Source: Gammaproteobacteria bacterium
Lineage (GTDB): Bacteria > Pseudomonadota > Gammaproteobacteria > UBA4575
Reading direction: 5' to 3'
Length of the DNA stretch: 64,000 bases
Assembly (NCBI GenBank): GCA_965222615.1
Contig: CBDCUI010000008.1
Coordinates: forward strand, 288,001 to 352,000
Below the pieces are notes generated by a model. That model was not told where the DNA came from. It made no database searches and saw nothing but the letters and a program-made list of their open reading frames with translations. Positions 51,104 through 61,972 of this stretch are shown one piece after another; position 1 is the first letter of the stretch, and every line of letters begins with the position of its first letter. The position numbers and the translations under genes are program-made.

Positions 51104-53007
51104 TGTTGAGATATAACTTGAGGGATAGTGGTTGGTGGGTAGCCGAGTGATTGAGGTTGTCCATCTTTAAATTGTGCCCATATTAATTCTCGATAAATTC
51201 GATTTTGTCCTACAATGCTTAATTTCCCTGTTGTGCCGTCGTAACGATCATATTCATAGGCTGCTAAGCGTTGCAGATGCGGAATAATTTGATAGGCATC
51301 TATTCCTAGGGCGGCAAAACGTGGCAATTTAGATTGACTACTAGTAAGTTGTAAATCTAACGAGTCGCGCAGTAGCTCAAATGCAGGATCTTCAGATAAT
51401 AGCCAAGGGATGTCGCAATACGTAACACCGTTAATATCTTGGTCTGCAGAAATGTTTTCATTACCAGTGAACACATGAGAAGTAGCGTATACAGGTAAAT
51501 CTGACGCATAGTGGTAACTTAACTGTGGACGTAATTGTCTAGCTTGCTGCGGTGATGCGGCAATGAATATAAAATCAGCATCTTGACGTCTTTTCGGTTC
51601 AAATTCGACGTTTTGTTTAATGATAGATTGGATATTGCGTCGGCGCTGTTCACTTTGATTAAGTCGTAAAAGGTTTTTAATGGGCTCGGAGTAATCTGCA
51701 CTTTTTGGATCATAGCGTTCATATTGTAGGACTGAGCCACCTAGTTCATAGAAGCGATTAGTAAAGGTTTCTAACAATCGAGTACCCCATTCACCATGAG
51801 GGACTAATACTAAAGCTTCTTGATGGTTATCCAATGATGCACGTTCGGCTACCTGCTTGGCCTCATCTTCTGGTAGCAAACCGAATTGAAATAATTTTTG
51901 TGGGCTGACTACAGCATCATCAGCATAGTTAAGTGAAAGTGTTGGCACACTAATTTGCCCTTGGCTGGCTAAAATATTTACCGCTTCTTTTTGTAAGGGA
52001 CCAATAATAAAATCAGCACCTTCGACCATTGCACGACGATGGTAGCTCACTGCTGTAGCAGTGTCTTCACCAGTGTCATATAACACAATCTGAGGTGGTG
52101 GGTTGAATGTCTCATCAAATTCACGCGCAGTACTAATACCTGCATAAATCGCTTCAGCAACACTATGATATCGCCCAGTCATGGGTAGTAACAGTGCGAT
52201 TTTATTTGGTGCGATGCGAAATGATTCCCAATCTTTGGTAAGTGAATCGACAATATGGTTTGGTACTTTATGGCGTGGAAAGCGAGAGCGCCATTGCTGT
52301 ATCTTGTTTTCAAGTGCAGGTAAATTTTCATGTGGCTGTTTTTGAATAGCGGCTAGTTGTAGCCAAGCCGCGATATCGGCGTCTCTATTACTAGAGGTCC
52401 AGCTTTGCAGTTCTTCTATATTAGTTTTGAGAAGCGACTGCCAGATTAACTGGTTATTTTTCTTAAGTTGGTCAGATTTTTTCAGTATAGGGTTTAATGC
52501 AATTCGAGTGGTAATCGATTCACGTGTTTGGCCCATCGCATTGTACGCTTTAGCTCGAATTGCAAGTACATGTGGTTTGTATTGTGGCGAGAGGTCGATA
52601 ACCTTAAGTGGAACAGTATCTAGAGCTAGCTGCGGTTGTCCATTCAATAATGCCAATTCGGCTGTTGCCACACGTTTTCTGACTAATAAATCTTGAGAAA
52701 GAATGCTTTCATCAATGGCACTGAGATATTGTTGGGCTTGTTGCTTGGTTTCTGGGTGTAATACAGCTTCTGCAGCTCTGATTTGTAATGCCTCGCGCTG
52801 GGGTGAGGATTTAGTTTCGGCTACAGACCAAAATACGGCAGCAGCTTCTTGATATTTGCCAGACTCAATTAATTTTTCAGCGCGTCGAATTTGAGCGTTT
52901 TCTGCATCAAATATATTACCCTCTGACAAAGGTAAATCGGCACAACTGATAAGGGCGAAAACGATTGTAATTGAGATTACAATGGAAGTAATTCTTTGCA
53001 TTGTCAA
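51100..53007 (-). CDS. lpoA: Penicillin-binding protein activator LpoA (LppC family lipoprotein)
   Basis: Lipobox LIS-C, IALLLP.TG, IGPLQK, FGLLPEDEA, RRQDAD, ALGIDAY. Confidence 0.92.
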   Translation of the reverse strand: MTMQRITSIVISITIVFALISCADLPLSEGNIFDAENAQIRRAEKLIESGKYQEAAAVFWSVAETKSSPQREALQIRAAEAVLHPETKQQAQQYLSAIDESILSQDLLVRKRVATAELALLNGQPQLALDTVPLKVIDLSPQYKPHVLAIRAKAYNAMGQTRESITTRIALNPILKKSDQLKKNNQLIWQSLLKTNIEELQSWTSSNRDADIAAWLQLAAIQKQPHENLPALENKIQQWRSRFPRHKVPNHIVDSLTKDWESFRIAPNKIALLLPMTGRYHSVAEAIYAGISTAREFDETFNPPPQIVLYDTGEDTATAVSYHRRAMVEGADFIIGPLQKEAVNILASQGQISVPTLSLNYADDAVVSPQKLFQFGLLPEDEAKQVAERASLDNHQEALVLVPHGEWGTRLLETFTNRFYELGGSVLQYERYDPKSADYSEPIKNLLRLNQSEQRRRNIQSIIKQNVEFEPKRRQDADFIFIAASPQQARQLRPQLSYHYASDLPVYATSHVFTGNENISADQDINGVTYCDIPWLLSEDPAFELLRDSLDLQLTSSQSKLPRFAALGIDAYQIIPHLQRLAAYEYDRYDGTTGKLSIVGQNRIYRELIWAQFKDGQPQSLGYPPTTIPQVISQQ

Positions 53008-53054
53008 AACTCTGATTTGAATATGTTCAAAATAATTATTGTTTAGTAACGTAA

Positions 53055-53921
53055 GTGTCAGAATATATGAGCAACCAAGGTACCCTATATGTCATTGCTA
53101 CGCCTATCGGTAATTTATCAGACATTACCTTACGAGCTTTAGACACCATAAAAAAGGTTAAGATCCTGTTGGCTGAAGATACCCGTATTACAAAAAAGCT
53201 TCTGACTCACTATGGTATCCAAGCTGAACTTGAGTCGCTACATGATTTTAATGAATCAGAAAAAATATCGGTAGTGATTGAGCAATTACTTAGAGGTGTA
53301 GACATCGGCATCGTTTCTGATGCAGGCACACCTCTCATTAGTGATCCAGGCTACAAACTAGTAACTGCAGCACAATACGAAAACATACCAGTGCGTCCAA
53401 TTCCTGGTGCGAATGCAGTAATCACGGCGTTATCTGTTGCCGGGATTGCAACAGACCGTTTCACATTTGAGGGATTTCTCCCCAAAAAAGCTGCTGAACG
53501 GATTGCTTATTTGCAGATGTTGAAGTATGAGCGAAGATCGATGGTGTTTTATGAGTCGCCACAACGTATTCAGCAAACACTACAAAGTTTTATTGAAGTT
53601 TTTGGTGGGCAAAGAACAGCTACATTTTTGCGTGAGTTAACCAAACAGTTTGAGCAACACCTGCATGGCGATCTCAGTTCTATCAAGCAAACTTTACAAG
53701 AGCATCCTGAGAAAATAAAAGGAGAATTTGTATTGGTGGTAAGTGGTAACGATTCATCCAACGATGCTGAATCTATCGAACAGGCACAACAGCTTTTAGC
53801 AGATTTGCAAGCACATATGTCGCATAAAGATGCAGTAGAAATAGTCGCTAAACATACAAATATAGGACGCAACCAACTCTATTCATTAGGGCTGAACAAT
53901 GCCTTAAAACATACTAAATAA
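53055..53921 (+). CDS. rsmI: 16S rRNA C1402 2'-O-methyltransferase
   Basis: LYVIATPIGNL.D, AEDTR, SDAGTPLISDPG, FEGFLP, YESP.R, RELTK. Confidence 0.97.
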   Translation: MSEYMSNQGTLYVIATPIGNLSDITLRALDTIKKVKILLAEDTRITKKLLTHYGIQAELESLHDFNESEKISVVIEQLLRGVDIGIVSDAGTPLISDPGYKLVTAAQYENIPVRPIPGANAVITALSVAGIATDRFTFEGFLPKKAAERIAYLQMLKYERRSMVFYESPQRIQQTLQSFIEVFGGQRTATFLRELTKQFEQHLHGDLSSIKQTLQEHPEKIKGEFVLVVSGNDSSNDAESIEQAQQLLADLQAHMSHKDAVEIVAKHTNIGRNQLYSLGLNNALKHTK

Positions 53922-53940
53922 AGTATGTTATGGTACTAGT

Positions 53941-54360
53941 GGAAGCTGGCTAAACAGTCGTCTCAGTGCTTAGTTTATGTACTTTATACATAGAATAAGT
54001 AAAGAGGAGGAAAGTCCGGGCTCTATGGGCAGAGTGCCAGGTAACGCCTGGAGGATGTGAATCCATGGAAAGTGCAACAGAAAGTAAACCGCCCGGTCAC
54101 TCATTTAACTATAACTACATTTATGAGCCAGTTAAATGAGTGGTTGGGTAAGGGTGAAAGGGTGTGGTAAGAGCACACCGCATAGCTGGTAACAGATATG
54201 GCTAGGTAAACCCCACTTAGAGCAAGACCAAATAGAGGGGCAAGGAGAAATCCAACGTGTTGCCCAAACGGCCCCTGGGTAGGTTGCTTGAGGTTTATGG
54301 CGACATAAGCTCTAGATGAATGACTGTTCTCGACAGAACCCGGCTTATCGGCCAGCTTCC
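53941..54360 (+). ncRNA. rnpB: RNase P RNA (class A)
   Basis: P1 ends ggaagctggc / gccagcttcc; gaggaaagtccgggct, ggaaagtgcaacagaaa, ggtaaacccc, agaacccggctta; canonical position between rsmI and mraZ. Confidence 0.97.
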
Positions 54361-54545
54361 ATCACTGTCTGTCGGTTGTTAGCAATCGATAAGTTCATTG
54401 GCTTGTTAATCTAAAATCTTACCTTTATGGGTTAAGCCCTCATATTTGTGTGAGTTACACAAAAATACCCTGATTGAATAAGGGGTATCTTCTGCTTAAC
54501 TATCTGTCTTATAAGTAATTTTTTTGGTTTTTTGTGCGGTTTTAC

Positions 54546-54607
54546 TTGCAATATGGCCAACTCATTCCTATAGTGTCAAAAAGTGGGAAATTGTGGGAAA
54601 GCATGGA
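54546..54607 (+). promoter_or_regulatory. dcw (Pmra) promoter with MraZ boxes
   Basis: TTGCAA-N17-TATAGT followed by GTGGG (54583), GTGGG (54593) and ATGGA (54603) at 10-bp spacing. Confidence 0.8.
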
Positions 54608-54631
54608 ATATGACTCCATGAAATTCAATCT

Positions 54632-55084
54632 ATGTTCCGAGGTGTTAACGATCTTAATCTGGATGCTAAAGGTCGCCTGTCTTTACCAGCGCGATATCGT
54701 CAGCGTATTCAAGAAAGTTGTGGTGGTAGTTTAGTCATCACAGTAGATGTGGATCGATGTTTGTTGATTTATCCATTTCCTGAGTGGGAGCATATTGAAA
54801 AAAAACTGATGCAGTTACCCAGTATTAATAAACAAGTTAGACGCCTACAACGACTGTTACTTGGACATGCTACGGAATGTGAAATTGATGGGCAACATCG
54901 TGTTTTATTGCCGCCACCTTTGCGTAATTTTGCCAGTTTAAATAAGCATGCTGTGTTAATTGGGCAGGGCAATAAATTGGAACTTTGGGATCAGGAAACA
55001 TGGGGGAAAATGTGTGAACGTTGGATTAAAGAGGAAAATAAATTAAGTGATATTACTGCGGCACTTGAAACACTTTCGATTTAA
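54632..55084 (+). CDS. mraZ: Transcriptional regulator MraZ
   Basis: LDAKGRL..P and ID.Q.RVL.P SpoVT-AbrB repeats. Confidence 0.97.
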   Translation: MFRGVNDLNLDAKGRLSLPARYRQRIQESCGGSLVITVDVDRCLLIYPFPEWEHIEKKLMQLPSINKQVRRLQRLLLGHATECEIDGQHRVLLPPPLRNFASLNKHAVLIGQGNKLELWDQETWGKMCERWIKEENKLSDITAALETLSI

Positions 55085-55086
55085 CT

Positions 55087-56025
55087 ATGCGGGATGATGT
55101 AGTTGATCAGCATCAGCCTGTTTTACGTTCAGAAGTAATAGAAGTACTAAACATTAAATCAAATGGTATCTATATAGATTGCACATTTGGACGCGGGGGG
55201 CATAGCAGCGAGATCTTAAAAGGTTTAAGCACTGAAGGCCGTTTATTGGCAATTGATCAAGATCCAGAAGCTGTTAGGTACGGCAAAAAAGAATTTGAGA
55301 ATGAACAACGTATTGTGATTGAACAAAGCAATTTTTCAGAAATATTACAGGTAGTAGAAAAATATGGTTTTGCTGGGAAGATAAACGGAATTTTATTTGA
55401 CCTAGGAGTTTCATCACCACAGTTCGATAATCCTAATCGTGGTTTTAGTTTTATGCACGATGGACCATTGGATATGCGTATGAATATAAATTCGGGAATA
55501 AGTGCTGCAGAGTGGTTGCAGAATGTTAACGCCAATGAATTAGAAAAAGTAATCAAGACATATGGTGAAGAGAGGTATGCAAAAAAGATTGCGCAAATGA
55601 TTATACAACAGCAAAAAATAAAGCCATTAAACTCTACAAAAGAACTAGCAGATTTAATTCAAAAAACTATAGGACGATCAAATGAAAAAAAACATCCCGC
55701 AACACGGACATTTCAGGCTATTCGTATATTCGTAAATGATGAATTAAAAGTTTTAGCATCGGCATTGGATGCATGTATAGAGTTATTAGCTCAGTCAGGC
55801 CGCCTGTTGGTAATCACATTTCACTCACTTGAGGATCAAATAGTCAAAAATCTGTATCGAAAATATAGCAAGTCTGACATGCCACGCAAGTTACCTGTTG
55901 CAGAAGAATTCCAGCCAAAACTCATAAGAGTGTGTAAACCAATTAAACCTTCTGTAAATGAAGTATCAAAAAACCCAAGGGCACGAAGTGCAAAACTATA
56001 TGTGCTGGAGCGGGTTTTATGTTAG
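55087..56025 (+). CDS. rsmH: 16S rRNA C1402 N4-methyltransferase
   Basis: HQPVL, DCTFGRGGHS, DLGVSSPQ, PLDMRM, FHSLED, NPRARSAKL. Confidence 0.97.
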   Translation: MRDDVVDQHQPVLRSEVIEVLNIKSNGIYIDCTFGRGGHSSEILKGLSTEGRLLAIDQDPEAVRYGKKEFENEQRIVIEQSNFSEILQVVEKYGFAGKINGILFDLGVSSPQFDNPNRGFSFMHDGPLDMRMNINSGISAAEWLQNVNANELEKVIKTYGEERYAKKIAQMIIQQQKIKPLNSTKELADLIQKTIGRSNEKKHPATRTFQAIRIFVNDELKVLASALDACIELLAQSGRLLVITFHSLEDQIVKNLYRKYSKSDMPRKLPVAEEFQPKLIRVCKPIKPSVNEVSKNPRARSAKLYVLERVLC

Positions 56026-56300
56026 GTAGGTTAGCATTAATAACGGTTTTATTTTTCGCTAATGTATTTACAGGTGTTGGAATTGTTTATTCAAAACACG
56101 CTATGCGCAAATCGTTCATTGAGTTACAAGAGCTGCAAAACAAATATGATGAACTGCAAGTAAATTGGGGGCAGCTGCAATTAGAACAAAGTGCTTGGGC
56201 AACACATGGTCGTGTCGAAAAACTTGCGCGTGAAAAATTAAAAATGGACCTAGTGCATGAAGAGCGTCTTGTGTTTTTAAAAGACAGTGACTCAAAATAA
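56019..56300 (+). CDS. ftsL: Cell division protein FtsL
   Basis: TM helix plus coiled coil; WGQLQLEQSAW..H.RVE..A. Confidence 0.93.
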   Translation: MLGRLALITVLFFANVFTGVGIVYSKHAMRKSFIELQELQNKYDELQVNWGQLQLEQSAWATHGRVEKLAREKLKMDLVHEERLVFLKDSDSK

Positions 56301-56309
56301 AGTAACTCT

Positions 56310-58028
56310 ATGAAAAAAGCTCCTATATATAGATTACGTCGATCACTGATCGTATATGTGTTTGTTTTAAGTTTAGTTGGATTATTTATTCGTTCTGTGT
56401 ATTTGCAGCTATTTGAGCATGAATTTTTAGAGGAGGAAGGTAAGGCGCGCCATCTGCGAGTAGTAGAGATGCCAGCACACCGAGGCATGATTTTAGATCG
56501 AAATGGTGAGCTACTCGCGGTGAGCACGCCGATTTATTCAGTTTGGGCAAATCCTAAAATTGCTTTGCAAGATGAGAAATCCATAAAACAAGCAGCTGAA
56601 GTTTTAAAGTTAGGTGATACTAGCTTAAGAGAAAAGTTACAACAAAAAAAATCTCGACAATTCGTATATATAAAACGTCATATAGATCCTCAACAAGCAG
56701 AACAATTAAAGCAGCGTGGCATTAAAGGTATTCATTTGCAGAGAGAATATCGACGCTATTATCCAACTGCAGAAGTAACTTCGCATGTACTTGGGTTTAC
56801 GGATATAGATGATAAAGGTTTAGAAGGGATAGAACTTGCTTATGACCAATGGTTGCAGGGCCAGCCAGGCGCAAAAAAAGTTATTAAAGATCAGTTAAAC
56901 CGTATTGTTGAAGATGTTGAAGGAATACGTATTCCAGAACCTGGTCAAAATATTGCATTGAGTATAGATCGAAGAATTCAATATTTGGCTTATCGTGAAT
57001 TGAAGGCAAAACTTGCGCAACATCGGGCGCGCTCCGCTTCAGCAGTTATGTTAGATGTAAGAACTGGTGAAGTCATTGCTATGGCGAATGTCCCGTCATT
57101 TAATCCCAATAACCGCAAAGGTTTTCGTAGTTATACTTATCGCAATCGTGCGGTTACAGATGTTTTTGAGCCGGGTTCGACGATTAAGCCTTTCACGATT
57201 GCATCGGCATTGGAGTCCAATCGATATTCGCCCAATACTTTAATTAATACTGCTCCTGGAACGTATAAGGTTGGAGACCATCTGATTAAAGATTCGAAAG
57301 ACTTCGGCATGCTCAGTGTAAGTAATGTCATTATTAAATCTAGTAATGTAGGCGCCACAAAAATTGCATTAACGATACCACCACAAGATTTATGGACAGT
57401 ACTTAGTTCAATCGGTATTGGCCAGTCAACGGAATCAGGGTTTCCAGGTGAAGTTAGTGGGCATTTAAAAAGCTTTCATGATTGGCGAGAAGTTGAACAT
57501 GCAACGTTGGCATTTGGTTATGGAGCATCTATGACGACTTTACAACTCGCACGTGCATATGCCGTATTGGCATCAGGAGGTAAACAATTGCCCATCTCGA
57601 TGCTGCATAAACCTAATTCAGGATTCAGCGAAAAAAGTGCGCATAGAGTAATTTCTTCTGATACCGTAAATCGCATTATTTCTATGTTGACTGCTGTGGT
57701 CTCAATAGATGGTACAGGAGCACGTGCTGCAATTCCTGGGTATAGTGTGGCAGGTAAAACTGGCACAGTACATAAGTCTACAAAAGGTGGCTATGAAGAA
57801 GATAAGTATATTTCACTTTTTGCTGGGTTTGCGCCAGCTAGTGACCCTCGTCTGGTATTAGTAATTGTAATGAATGAACCAAGCCGTGGTACCTATTTTG
57901 GAGGTGAAGTTGCGGCACCGATATTTTCAAAAATTATGGGTGGGGCCTTACGCATTTTAAATATTTCGCCTGATGATGTGCCTTTGCAGGCTAATTTCAA
58001 TGACACTATGCAAGATCATGCTGGTTAA
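56310..58028 (+). CDS. ftsI: Septal transpeptidase FtsI (PBP3)
   Basis: RGMILDRNG, EPGSTIKP, KSSNVG, GKTGT. Confidence 0.97.
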   Translation: MKKAPIYRLRRSLIVYVFVLSLVGLFIRSVYLQLFEHEFLEEEGKARHLRVVEMPAHRGMILDRNGELLAVSTPIYSVWANPKIALQDEKSIKQAAEVLKLGDTSLREKLQQKKSRQFVYIKRHIDPQQAEQLKQRGIKGIHLQREYRRYYPTAEVTSHVLGFTDIDDKGLEGIELAYDQWLQGQPGAKKVIKDQLNRIVEDVEGIRIPEPGQNIALSIDRRIQYLAYRELKAKLAQHRARSASAVMLDVRTGEVIAMANVPSFNPNNRKGFRSYTYRNRAVTDVFEPGSTIKPFTIASALESNRYSPNTLINTAPGTYKVGDHLIKDSKDFGMLSVSNVIIKSSNVGATKIALTIPPQDLWTVLSSIGIGQSTESGFPGEVSGHLKSFHDWREVEHATLAFGYGASMTTLQLARAYAVLASGGKQLPISMLHKPNSGFSEKSAHRVISSDTVNRIISMLTAVVSIDGTGARAAIPGYSVAGKTGTVHKSTKGGYEEDKYISLFAGFAPASDPRLVLVIVMNEPSRGTYFGGEVAAPIFSKIMGGALRILNISPDDVPLQANFNDTMQDHAG

Positions 58029-58030
58029 CG

Positions 58031-59533
58031 ATGCCTGCTATGTCATGGGCATTGGCTGATTTACTAAAAGATTGGGTGCAAGTGCAAACTGCAGATACAA
58101 ATATCATGATCTCTGGTCTTAGTTTGGATAGCCGTTTTGCACAACCGGGCGATTTATTTTTTGCCACGCATGGCACGCAGAAACATGGGATTGAGTTTAG
58201 TAATGATGCTATTACGAAAGGTGCGGTAGCGATCGCCTGGGAACTTAATCAAGATATAGATTCAAAAAATCTACCCACTTCAATTCCGTGTCTATCAATT
58301 CCTGATCTGCAACAGCAAATTGGATGGATTGCACAACGTTTTTATTACCATCCATCTGAATATATCAATGTCATAGGAGTGACAGGAACTGATGGTAAAA
58401 CTTCGGTGAGCCAATTTATCGCGCAGGCATTTCATCATTTAGGCACTCCTTGTGGAGTGATTGGTACTTTAGGTTATGGGGTCTATCCCAAGCTTCAATC
58501 TGCAACACACACTACACCAGACGCAATACGTACTCAGTCGTTATTGTATAGTTTTAACAAACAAGATGTTAATAATGCTGTTATTGAGGCTTCGTCACAT
58601 GGCCTAAAGCAAGGCCGATTAAATGGTGTGGACTTTAATATAGCTGTGTTTACCAATTTAAGCCGTGATCATTTGGACTACCATGCGACATTGGAAGATT
58701 ATGCAAATGCCAAGCGTATATTGTTTCAAATGCCGAATTTACAGCATGCAATAATTAACATTGATGATGAATTCGGTTGTCAATTAGCGGGTGAATTAGC
58801 TGAAAAAATAAATCTTGTTACCTATTCAAGTAATAACTGCCAACAAGATTTTGGTTCATTTATTTGCGTGAAGAATGTTAATTTTTCTGATAGAAAAACT
58901 AACATTGAAATAGCTTCTAGTTGGGGCGATGCTGCGATAGCAACAGAATTATACGGCAAGTTTAATATAAGTAATCTTTTAGCTGCGTTAGCTGTACTAC
59001 TTGTAGATGGCTATCCATTTGAGAATGCGGTAAAGGCAATTGCCAATGTACATACTGTCCCTGGACGCATGGAGCGGGTAACTTCCAATAATCATGCGCC
59101 CACAGTAATCATCGACTATGCGCATACGCCGCAGGCGCTTAGCAATGTTTTGCAGGTATTGCGAGAGCAGTGCAATGGTAAATTATGGTGTGTATTCGGT
59201 TGTGGTGGAGATCGTGACCCCGGCAAGCGCAAATTAATGGCCCATGCCGTTGAACGATATGCTGATTGCGCAATCGTAACAGACGATAATCCGCGCACTG
59301 AAGATCCCAATCTAATTACGGGTGACATTATTTCTGGGTTTTCTAATTCTGCAAAATATACCTTGATTCATGATCGTCAAGAGGCGATTGCTCATGTAAT
59401 AAATCACGCAACTTGCAAAGATACGGTATTGATTGCAGGGAAAGGTCATGAAACTTATCAGATTATAAATAATGAGTATTTCCCATTTGATGATAAAAAA
59501 ATTGCACAAATATTTTTAAATGATGGAATTTAG
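58031..59533 (+). CDS. murE: UDP-MurNAc-tripeptide synthetase (meso-DAP)
   Basis: GVTGTDGKTS, HTTPD, FTNLSRDHLDYH, DYAHTP, DNPR, AGKGHE. Confidence 0.97.
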   Translation: MPAMSWALADLLKDWVQVQTADTNIMISGLSLDSRFAQPGDLFFATHGTQKHGIEFSNDAITKGAVAIAWELNQDIDSKNLPTSIPCLSIPDLQQQIGWIAQRFYYHPSEYINVIGVTGTDGKTSVSQFIAQAFHHLGTPCGVIGTLGYGVYPKLQSATHTTPDAIRTQSLLYSFNKQDVNNAVIEASSHGLKQGRLNGVDFNIAVFTNLSRDHLDYHATLEDYANAKRILFQMPNLQHAIINIDDEFGCQLAGELAEKINLVTYSSNNCQQDFGSFICVKNVNFSDRKTNIEIASSWGDAAIATELYGKFNISNLLAALAVLLVDGYPFENAVKAIANVHTVPGRMERVTSNNHAPTVIIDYAHTPQALSNVLQVLREQCNGKLWCVFGCGGDRDPGKRKLMAHAVERYADCAIVTDDNPRTEDPNLITGDIISGFSNSAKYTLIHDRQEAIAHVINHATCKDTVLIAGKGHETYQIINNEYFPFDDKKIAQIFLNDGI

Positions 59534-60887
59534 GCTTTCTGAAATTGCCCGCATCACGAACGGCCAGCTAATAGGCCAGGACAGAGATGTGATTGGATTA
59601 TCAACGGACACGCGTAAATTACAGGAAAACAATTTGTTCGTAAGTTTAATTGGCGAGAAGTTCGATCCACATAAATTAATTGAAGAGGGAAAAGTTGATC
59701 ATGCCGGAGCAGTAGTAGTTGAACGAAAAGTAGAATCAAAAGTTGCACAGATTGTAGTAAAAAACTCATACAAAGCCTTACAAGAAATAGCACGAGCTTG
59801 GCGCAATAAATTTAGCTTGCCTGTAATAGGAATTACTGGTTCGAATGGCAAGACTTCTGTCAAAGAGTTAATCAAACAGATTTTAACCACGCAAGGTAAA
59901 GTGTTAGCAACCGTTGGCAATTTGAATAATCATATAGGTGTGCCGTTGACGTTAGTCAACTTAAATGAGAGTCATCAGTACGCAATAATAGAGATGGGCG
60001 CTAACCATCCTGGTGAAATTGCAAATCTTACTCAATTAGTGAAACCTGACATCGGGGTAATTACTAATATTGGACCGGCTCACTTAGAGGGTTTTGGTTC
60101 TATAGAAGGTGTAGCCAAAGCCAAGGCTGAGCTTTACCGGCATTTAAATCCGCAAGGCATCGCCGTAGTCAATATCGACCAACCTTATCAAGCGTTTTGG
60201 GAAAAAGACATTGGAGATCGCATTCAAATTTCATTTGGAATAGAGCAAAAAGCGGATATTTCCGTGAAAATGATTGATTTAGATTTAGTAGATATCACAA
60301 CTCCGATGGGAGAGATTCGTGTGCAGTTACAAGCGCTTGGTCAACACGCCATCTATAACGCACTGGCCGCAACCGCGGTAGGTATTGGCCTAGGAATTGA
60401 CGTAGAAAGCATTCGGGAAGGGCTTGAGGCAACTAAACCGGTACCAGGGCGACTGGTACGGCTTAAAGGTATTGGCGGTTCAAGCATATTAGATGATACC
60501 TACAATGCTAATCCTGCTTCATTATCTGTTGCTTTAGATGCCCAGGCACAACTAAGTGGCGAGCATTGGTTAGTGTTAGGAGATATGGGGGAACTTGGCA
60601 GTGATAGTGTTCGTTTGCATGCGCAAGCTGGAGAAATGGCAAAAGAATATGGAATCAAACGATTATTTGGGCTCGGAGAACTAAGCAAATATGCAGTAAA
60701 GGCGTTTGGAGCAGGTGCCACGCATTATTTAAATCATTCTGAAGTAATCGAAGCCTTGCAAAATGATTTATATAAAGAGATATGTGTGTTGGTTAAAGGC
60801 TCACGTGCTATGCGTTTGGAAAAAATAATTGAAAGGATTCAAACAAATCTGAATTCAGAAACGGCGTGTAACGAATATGTTGCTTAA
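59520..60887 (+). CDS. murF: UDP-MurNAc-pentapeptide synthetase
   Basis: [39 protein letters not shown]. Confidence 0.97.
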   Translation: MMEFRLSEIARITNGQLIGQDRDVIGLSTDTRKLQENNLFVSLIGEKFDPHKLIEEGKVDHAGAVVVERKVESKVAQIVVKNSYKALQEIARAWRNKFSLPVIGITGSNGKTSVKELIKQILTTQGKVLATVGNLNNHIGVPLTLVNLNESHQYAIIEMGANHPGEIANLTQLVKPDIGVITNIGPAHLEGFGSIEGVAKAKAELYRHLNPQGIAVVNIDQPYQAFWEKDIGDRIQISFGIEQKADISVKMIDLDLVDITTPMGEIRVQLQALGQHAIYNALAATAVGIGLGIDVESIREGLEATKPVPGRLVRLKGIGGSSILDDTYNANPASLSVALDAQAQLSGEHWLVLGDMGELGSDSVRLHAQAGEMAKEYGIKRLFGLGELSKYAVKAFGAGATHYLNHSEVIEALQNDLYKEICVLVKGSRAMRLEKIIERIQTNLNSETACNEYVA

Positions 60888-61959
60888 GCTGTTTGAGTTT
60901 CTCACACAACATCATTCTGGATTTAATGTTTTCCAGTATCTAACTTTGCGCGCAATATTGGGTGTACTGACAGCATTGGCAATATGTTTTATGACAGGCC
61001 CAATCATGATACGCAAGCTGAGTACTTACAGCGTTAATCAGAATGTCAGAGAAGATGGCCCGCAAACCCATCTTGCAAAAGCAGGTACACCAACTATGGG
61101 AGGTGCTTTTTTATTAGTGTCTATTCTTGCCAGTGCATTGTTATGGAGTGATTTATCTAATCGCTATGTATGGTTTGTTTTAACCACGACTTTTTTGTTT
61201 GGAATGGTTGGTGCAGTAGATGACATTAAAAAACTATTAAGTAGATCAAGCACAGGGCTCTCTGCAAAGCATAAATATTTTTGGCAGTCTGTAATTGGGG
61301 TGGCGGTAGCATGTATGTTGTATTACACCGCAGCTATTCCTGTTGAGACTAACTTATATGTCCCGTTTTTCAAAAATGTTGTAATCCCTTTAGGTTTGTG
61401 GTTTGTGTTATTAACATACATTGTTGTTGTTGGATCTAGCAATGCCGTAAATTTTACAGATGGTTTAGATGGTCTCGCAATCATGCCAGTTGTCATGGTG
61501 GCGGGGGCACTAGGAGTGTTTGCGTACTTAAGCGGAAACGTTAATTTTTCGACTTATTTAGCTATTCCACATTTACCTTTGGCTGGGGAACTAGTGGTTT
61601 TTTGCGGAGCCATAGTGGGAGCTGGACTAGGGTTTCTTTGGTATAACGCCTACCCCGCACAAGTTTTTATGGGCGACGTGGGTGCCTTAGCATTAGGTGC
61701 AGCTGTGGGGATATTGGCTGTGTTAGTGCGACAGGAAATCGTGTTGATGATCATGGGCGGAGTATTTGTGCTGGAGACGATATCGGTCATGATTCAAGTG
61801 GTGTCATATAAGTTAACTGGAAAACGAATTTTTCAAATGGCGCCGTTGCACCATCACTTTGAGTTAAAAGGTTGGCCTGAACCAAGAGTTATTGTACGTT
61901 TTTGGATTATCACTGTTATTTTAGTGTTAATCGGTTTGGCAACATTAAAGATTCGGTAA
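60877..61959 (+). CDS. mraY: Phospho-N-acetylmuramoyl-pentapeptide transferase
   Basis: [35 protein letters not shown]. Confidence 0.98.
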   Translation: MLLKLFEFLTQHHSGFNVFQYLTLRAILGVLTALAICFMTGPIMIRKLSTYSVNQNVREDGPQTHLAKAGTPTMGGAFLLVSILASALLWSDLSNRYVWFVLTTTFLFGMVGAVDDIKKLLSRSSTGLSAKHKYFWQSVIGVAVACMLYYTAAIPVETNLYVPFFKNVVIPLGLWFVLLTYIVVVGSSNAVNFTDGLDGLAIMPVVMVAGALGVFAYLSGNVNFSTYLAIPHLPLAGELVVFCGAIVGAGLGFLWYNAYPAQVFMGDVGALALGAAVGILAVLVRQEIVLMIMGGVFVLETISVMIQVVSYKLTGKRIFQMAPLHHHFELKGWPEPRVIVRFWIITVILVLIGLATLKIR

Positions 61960-61972
61960 ATTAAAAATTAAT

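Noticed and set aside
53006-53018. aaaactctgattt resembling one MITE end
   Set aside because: No partner end or core nearby; too short to distinguish from chance.
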